Source: Promethearchaeota archaeon
Lineage (GTDB): Archaea; Asgardarchaeota; Lokiarchaeia; Sigyniarchaeales; SOKP01
Direction of reading: 5' to 3'
Assembly: GCA_048939995.1 (NCBI GenBank)
Contig: JBHLOY010000010.1
Span: 1-64,000 of the forward strand
Length of the DNA: 64,000 nt
The notes under the pieces were generated by a model, which was given only the letters and a program-made list of their open reading frames with translations, ran no database searches and was not told where the DNA came from. The translations under genes and the position numbers were made by a program. Positions 60,266-64,000 of the stretch are shown in pieces (the stretch's first letter is position 1; each line of letters starts with the position of its first letter).

Positions 60266-60706
60266 CTATAAATTATATGCTTTATATTTGCCTATAGCAC
60301 GTTTTAAGGTCCTTGCAGCTAATTCTGCACAGTGTTTGTGATCCTCTGGTAAACCTTTCAGAGCGTTATCTATATCTTCTGGTTTCAAGTTTTCAGCAAA
60401 TTCTATACTTTTACCTTCGATCAACATCATAGCCTGGCTCCCAGCAGCTACTGAAGCGCCACATCCATCTGTTATAAAATTAGCTTTCTCAATTATATTA
60501 TTATTTATTTTTAAGAAAAAATACATAGTATCCCCACATGGTCCCTCATAAATTTGCGAAACTGTGATTTCTTCATCAGGAGGTTTGCCCCAATTTTTCG
60601 GATTATGAAATAATTCGACAATATATTCATTATAATCCTCTGATTCTTGCTCTATTATCTCTTTCTGGAGACCTTCAACATATTTATCAAAATCGTCTTT
60701 GGCCAT
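60266..60706 (-). CDS. IscU/NifU-type Fe-S scaffold protein
   Basis: NPKNWG, GPCGD, DGCGAS, HKHCA. Confidence 0.9.
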   Translation of the reverse strand: MAKDDFDKYVEGLQKEIIEQESEDYNEYIVELFHNPKNWGKPPDEEITVSQIYEGPCGDTMYFFLKINNNIIEKANFITDGCGASVAAGSQAMMLIEGKSIEFAENLKPEDIDNALKGLPEDHKHCAELAARTLKRAIGKYKAYNL

Positions 60707-60727
60707 ATTTTTTTCTTAATATATATT

Positions 60728-60741
60728 TGAATGATTATTCA
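60728..60741. promoter_or_regulatory. TGAAT-N4-ATTCA palindrome upstream of the IscU-like gene
   Basis: TGAATgattATTCA about 21 bp before the ATG. Confidence 0.65.
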
Positions 60742-60834
60742 TTAAGTGAAAATTAATGTTATAAAATAAATTTTTTTTTTAATGAAAATTATTCTTGAAC
60801 GCTAACAAATGGTTTTTAAAAAGAGGATTAGAGA

Positions 60835-61776
60835 TTATTCTTCATCCTTATAAATGATTAATTCAAGCATATTAATTAACGAATCAAAAGTATCTTCAAA
60901 AAAGTAATATCCTTTTTTAAGTAAAATAAGATACCAAGAAGAAGGAACCTTTTTTAATGAGAATCTCTTGAAGACAAAATAATAATTTGCTCTTTGAACA
61001 ATTATCTGTTCTTTAGGATCCTCTCCTAAATGATCTTTAAATTCGTTATCAAGTATAAAGAAATATGGCAAAACTCTTTCAATAAGCCTTTCAGATTTTT
61101 CATCTTTAAAATAGGAACCAAGAATAATTGAATTTTCGTCCAGGATTACCATACTATTACAATTTATCTTAAGACAAAATTCACTGATTGTTTTTGTAAT
61201 TAATTGAGCTTTTGGATACAAATTTAATAGAATTTCAGATATTGTAAATAATATCGATGGTAAATCATATACTGAGGTTGTATAAAAAGATAATTTATCA
61301 TATTGAATCTCTCTTTTAATTTTCTTTTCTAAATTACTAATCAATTCATCCCAATTTTTTCTAATACCTTCGGAAAGATTAGGATCATATTTATGAAAAA
61401 GAATATTTATAGGAGGGGAAAGTTTCAATTTATAAAATTGAGTGATAACGTCATTTAAATAGCTTATTGCTTCTGGAATTCTTAGCATATTTTGAATATC
61501 TATTACAAAAACGGCAATATCTGTATTATCAAAATACTTATCTGGGTTCTTTAAATAAGAAATTCGGTAAGATTTTTGACCTCCCAAGTCCCATTCACTA
61601 ATTTCAATATTTAGGAAATCAAATATCCTTCTCTGTGCTCCTTTTGTTGGTGAGACTACAGCAATTTTGGAAAATTCTTTCTTCAATGCGAGAATTATTG
61701 ATGTTTTTCCTGCTGTGTCTAATCCGGTAAATAGAATTTTTCTAGCTTGATTAATATCTTCTTTTAAATATTCCAT
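60835..61776 (-). CDS. Rag/Gtr-like (Arf-related) small GTPase with C-terminal roadblock/longin-like domain
   Basis: GLDTAGKTS, PTKG, WDLGGQ, HKYD, TSVYD. Confidence 0.85.
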   Translation of the reverse strand: MEYLKEDINQARKILFTGLDTAGKTSIILALKKEFSKIAVVSPTKGAQRRIFDFLNIEISEWDLGGQKSYRISYLKNPDKYFDNTDIAVFVIDIQNMLRIPEAISYLNDVITQFYKLKLSPPINILFHKYDPNLSEGIRKNWDELISNLEKKIKREIQYDKLSFYTTSVYDLPSILFTISEILLNLYPKAQLITKTISEFCLKINCNSMVILDENSIILGSYFKDEKSERLIERVLPYFFILDNEFKDHLGEDPKEQIIVQRANYYFVFKRFSLKKVPSSWYLILLKKGYYFFEDTFDSLINMLELIIYKDEE

Positions 61777-61897
61777 ATCTCCTCTAAATTAAATATACAA
61801 AAATCCACAAATAAAAATTATTATATTAGAGTGATAATATTGAATTGAAACTAAAAATTTTCAATCATTCTAATTATATTTGGATGAAAATTACTAG

Positions 61898-64000
61898 TTA
61901 AATTTTGACTTCTAAGCGATCTATTATATCATTTTGAATTGGAGCACCTAAATCTATAAAAGTTGCATTATAACCTCCAACTTTCACAATTAAATCGGGA
62001 TATTTCTCAGGATGAGTCTGAGCGTCTTTAAGGGTATCTGTTGATACTACATTTGGCTGAATTTGCATTCCTCCTGAATTGAAATATGTTTTTAGAAGAT
62101 TGTAGAATTTTTCAATGTTTTCCTCATTAGATAAATTCTGTGGATGGATTCTTATATTTACAGCAACTCCATTAGTTGCTTTTTCATAATTTAGCTTAGC
62201 AATTGAGTTTAAAATCGCAGTGATTCCATTTTTTTCTACTCGATTTACAGGAGATAAACTATTTGAAATTGCCTCCATTGCTTTTCTTCCATCTGCAGTT
62301 GGCTGAGTAAACAATCCTTCCATTACATGAATCCCCATAGAATACGCTCCAGCACTATATCTGCCGCCCCTTAAAGGTTTATATTTTGCCACTTCCGAAG
62401 TAAAAAGATTCCATAACTTCAAAGCTAAATCATCAATTTCATCTCTGTCATTTCCCCATTTTTTATACTTGTTGATTAACTTCTGACGTAATTCTTCTTG
62501 TCCATTGAAATTAGAGTTTAAAATTTTTACTAATTCGGGCAGTTGGATTAAATGTTCATCATAAACTACCTTTTTTATATTAAATAAGGAATCAACTAAA
62601 GTAGCGAATCCATAGGCTGTGATTGAAGAAAAATTATATTTTGCCCCTCCACACACATAATCCTTTCCATTTTCTATACATCCCTCTAAAGTAGCTGAAA
62701 TGAATGGATGTTGCATATATTTCATTGCTTCAATATCTCCAACTTCCGCTATCTTTACACAATGTTCAAGGTTATATTGTAACTGTCTGATAAAGGCAGA
62801 ATATAGCTCTTCAAAGCTTGAAAAATGTGATATATCTCCAGTTTGTAGACCTGCGATGGATTTTGACATATGATTATAACCATTGTTTAAAGTCAATTCC
62901 AGCACACCAGGTAAATTTATAAACATACGAGCAGTAGCAGCAAAGCTATTTCCTTGACCCGTTGGTTCTACACACCCTATTAATGCATAATCAGAAGCAT
63001 CTTCTGCAGAATAACTGGCTTTCATCAAGGCAGGGATAATGATTTCATCATTATAGAATGCTATTCCAGAAGTAGAGCTTAACACTCTTAATGCTTCTTT
63101 AAAAAATTCCTTTGGAGTGTTCTTATGGATTCTAATGGATAAATCAGTCGTGAATAACTTTACATTTTTATAAGCTTCAAGAAAAAGATAAGAAATTTCA
63201 TTTGTCATATCATTCCTATCTTTATTCATTCCAGAGATTGTAATCGTCTGAGTATTTTGACCTAGGGCATTAGCCACCATCGTGAAATCAGTTGGTAAGA
63301 GGGTAACGTTCCACGTAAGCTTCAGATTTAATTCTTCTATTAATTCCAATGCAAATTCTCGAGTTATTCTACCTGATTCAATATCTTTTTCATAATAGGG
63401 CCATAGAATCTGGTCCAACCGTCCTAAAGCAAGAACACTTCTTTGATAAATAATGTTTGCAATGTTCTGGGTGAACCAAATAAATTGTACGGCTTCATAG
63501 AAGGATCCTGGAGCTTCAGTACAAAATTTATACATCATACTTCCAATCAAGTTCAGTTCTTCCTTACGAGTGTCATTAATTTCTCTCTTAGCCATGGAAA
63601 AAGCCAAATCTGAGAACCTCTGGCTAAAATTGATAGCTGCATTATAATATATTTTCACAGCTTCATAAAAATCAAACTTCTCTTGAAATTTCTTATTATT
63701 GGTATTTAATTGTTTTTGGTAAGTCTCGGCTTCCTTTATAATCCCTTTATACCCCAATTTTAACAATTTTTCATAACCTGCGCATAAATGGCCTTCTGTA
63801 GCTCCTACTTGTATAGCGATATTAGGAACTAAAGAAGAAACTAGTCCTGTTCCACTTATCAAACCTTCTTCAAGTAATCTTTTACTAATTCTACCATCTA
63901 TTAGATCCTTATCTTTCCAGAAAGGAATTAACTCCAATAAATTATTTATATCATCTTCTTCAATAAAAAATGGTTGAAGCTTTCTTCTTGCTAACTTTTT
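61898..64000 (-). CDS. Glycyl radical enzyme (PFL-like superfamily), 5' truncated by window
   Basis: GRLDQILWPYY, IGCVEP, KWGND, DAQTHPEKYPDLIVKVGGY; frame open to base 64000. Confidence 0.92.
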   Translation of the reverse strand, partial: KKLARRKLQPFFIEEDDINNLLELIPFWKDKDLIDGRISKRLLEEGLISGTGLVSSLVPNIAIQVGATEGHLCAGYEKLLKLGYKGIIKEAETYQKQLNTNNKKFQEKFDFYEAVKIYYNAAINFSQRFSDLAFSMAKREINDTRKEELNLIGSMMYKFCTEAPGSFYEAVQFIWFTQNIANIIYQRSVLALGRLDQILWPYYEKDIESGRITREFALELIEELNLKLTWNVTLLPTDFTMVANALGQNTQTITISGMNKDRNDMTNEISYLFLEAYKNVKLFTTDLSIRIHKNTPKEFFKEALRVLSSTSGIAFYNDEIIIPALMKASYSAEDASDYALIGCVEPTGQGNSFAATARMFINLPGVLELTLNNGYNHMSKSIAGLQTGDISHFSSFEELYSAFIRQLQYNLEHCVKIAEVGDIEAMKYMQHPFISATLEGCIENGKDYVCGGAKYNFSSITAYGFATLVDSLFNIKKVVYDEHLIQLPELVKILNSNFNGQEELRQKLINKYKKWGNDRDEIDDLALKLWNLFTSEVAKYKPLRGGRYSAGAYSMGIHVMEGLFTQPTADGRKAMEAISNSLSPVNRVEKNGITAILNSIAKLNYEKATNGVAVNIRIHPQNLSNEENIEKFYNLLKTYFNSGGMQIQPNVVSTDTLKDAQTHPEKYPDLIVKVGGYNATFIDLGAPIQNDIIDRLEVKI

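Overview
Low-GC, gene-dense archaeal chromosomal segment, very likely from an Asgard archaeon (Lokiarchaeia). This is inferred from a Loki-type profilin, four small-GTPase genes (two Rab-like, one Roadblock-Rab fusion, one Rag-like), a Roadblock-ubiquitin-like fusion, a longin-like protein, and Loki-type LRR and Ig-repeat surface proteins. Metabolic genes include lipid/aromatic-modifying enzymes, a MoxR AAA+/VWA pair, a degenerate fwdGBDA-like operon without fwdC, and a partial glycyl-radical enzyme. There is also a dispersed Orange-protein-complex-like Fe-S set (three NifB/NifX, two 4Fe-4S ATPases, Mrp, DUF5320, IscU, radical SAM), several of whose promoters share a TGAAT-N4-ATTCA palindrome. 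Best candidate for an undescribed system: a coupled three-gene operon at 38422-42814. It encodes a transmembrane receptor ending in a GNAT acetyltransferase, a divergent SelO-like kinase-fold protein that probably starts at CTG, and a winged-helix/coiled-coil protein. Also notable: the Roadblock-Ubl / giant receptor / Roadblock-GTPase cluster, a circularly permuted MscL, a stand-alone PARP-type zinc finger and a secreted protein with a pore-forming-toxin-like hairpin. I recognised no rRNA, tRNA, CRISPR array or transposase. All family calls are by motif recognition, not database search.
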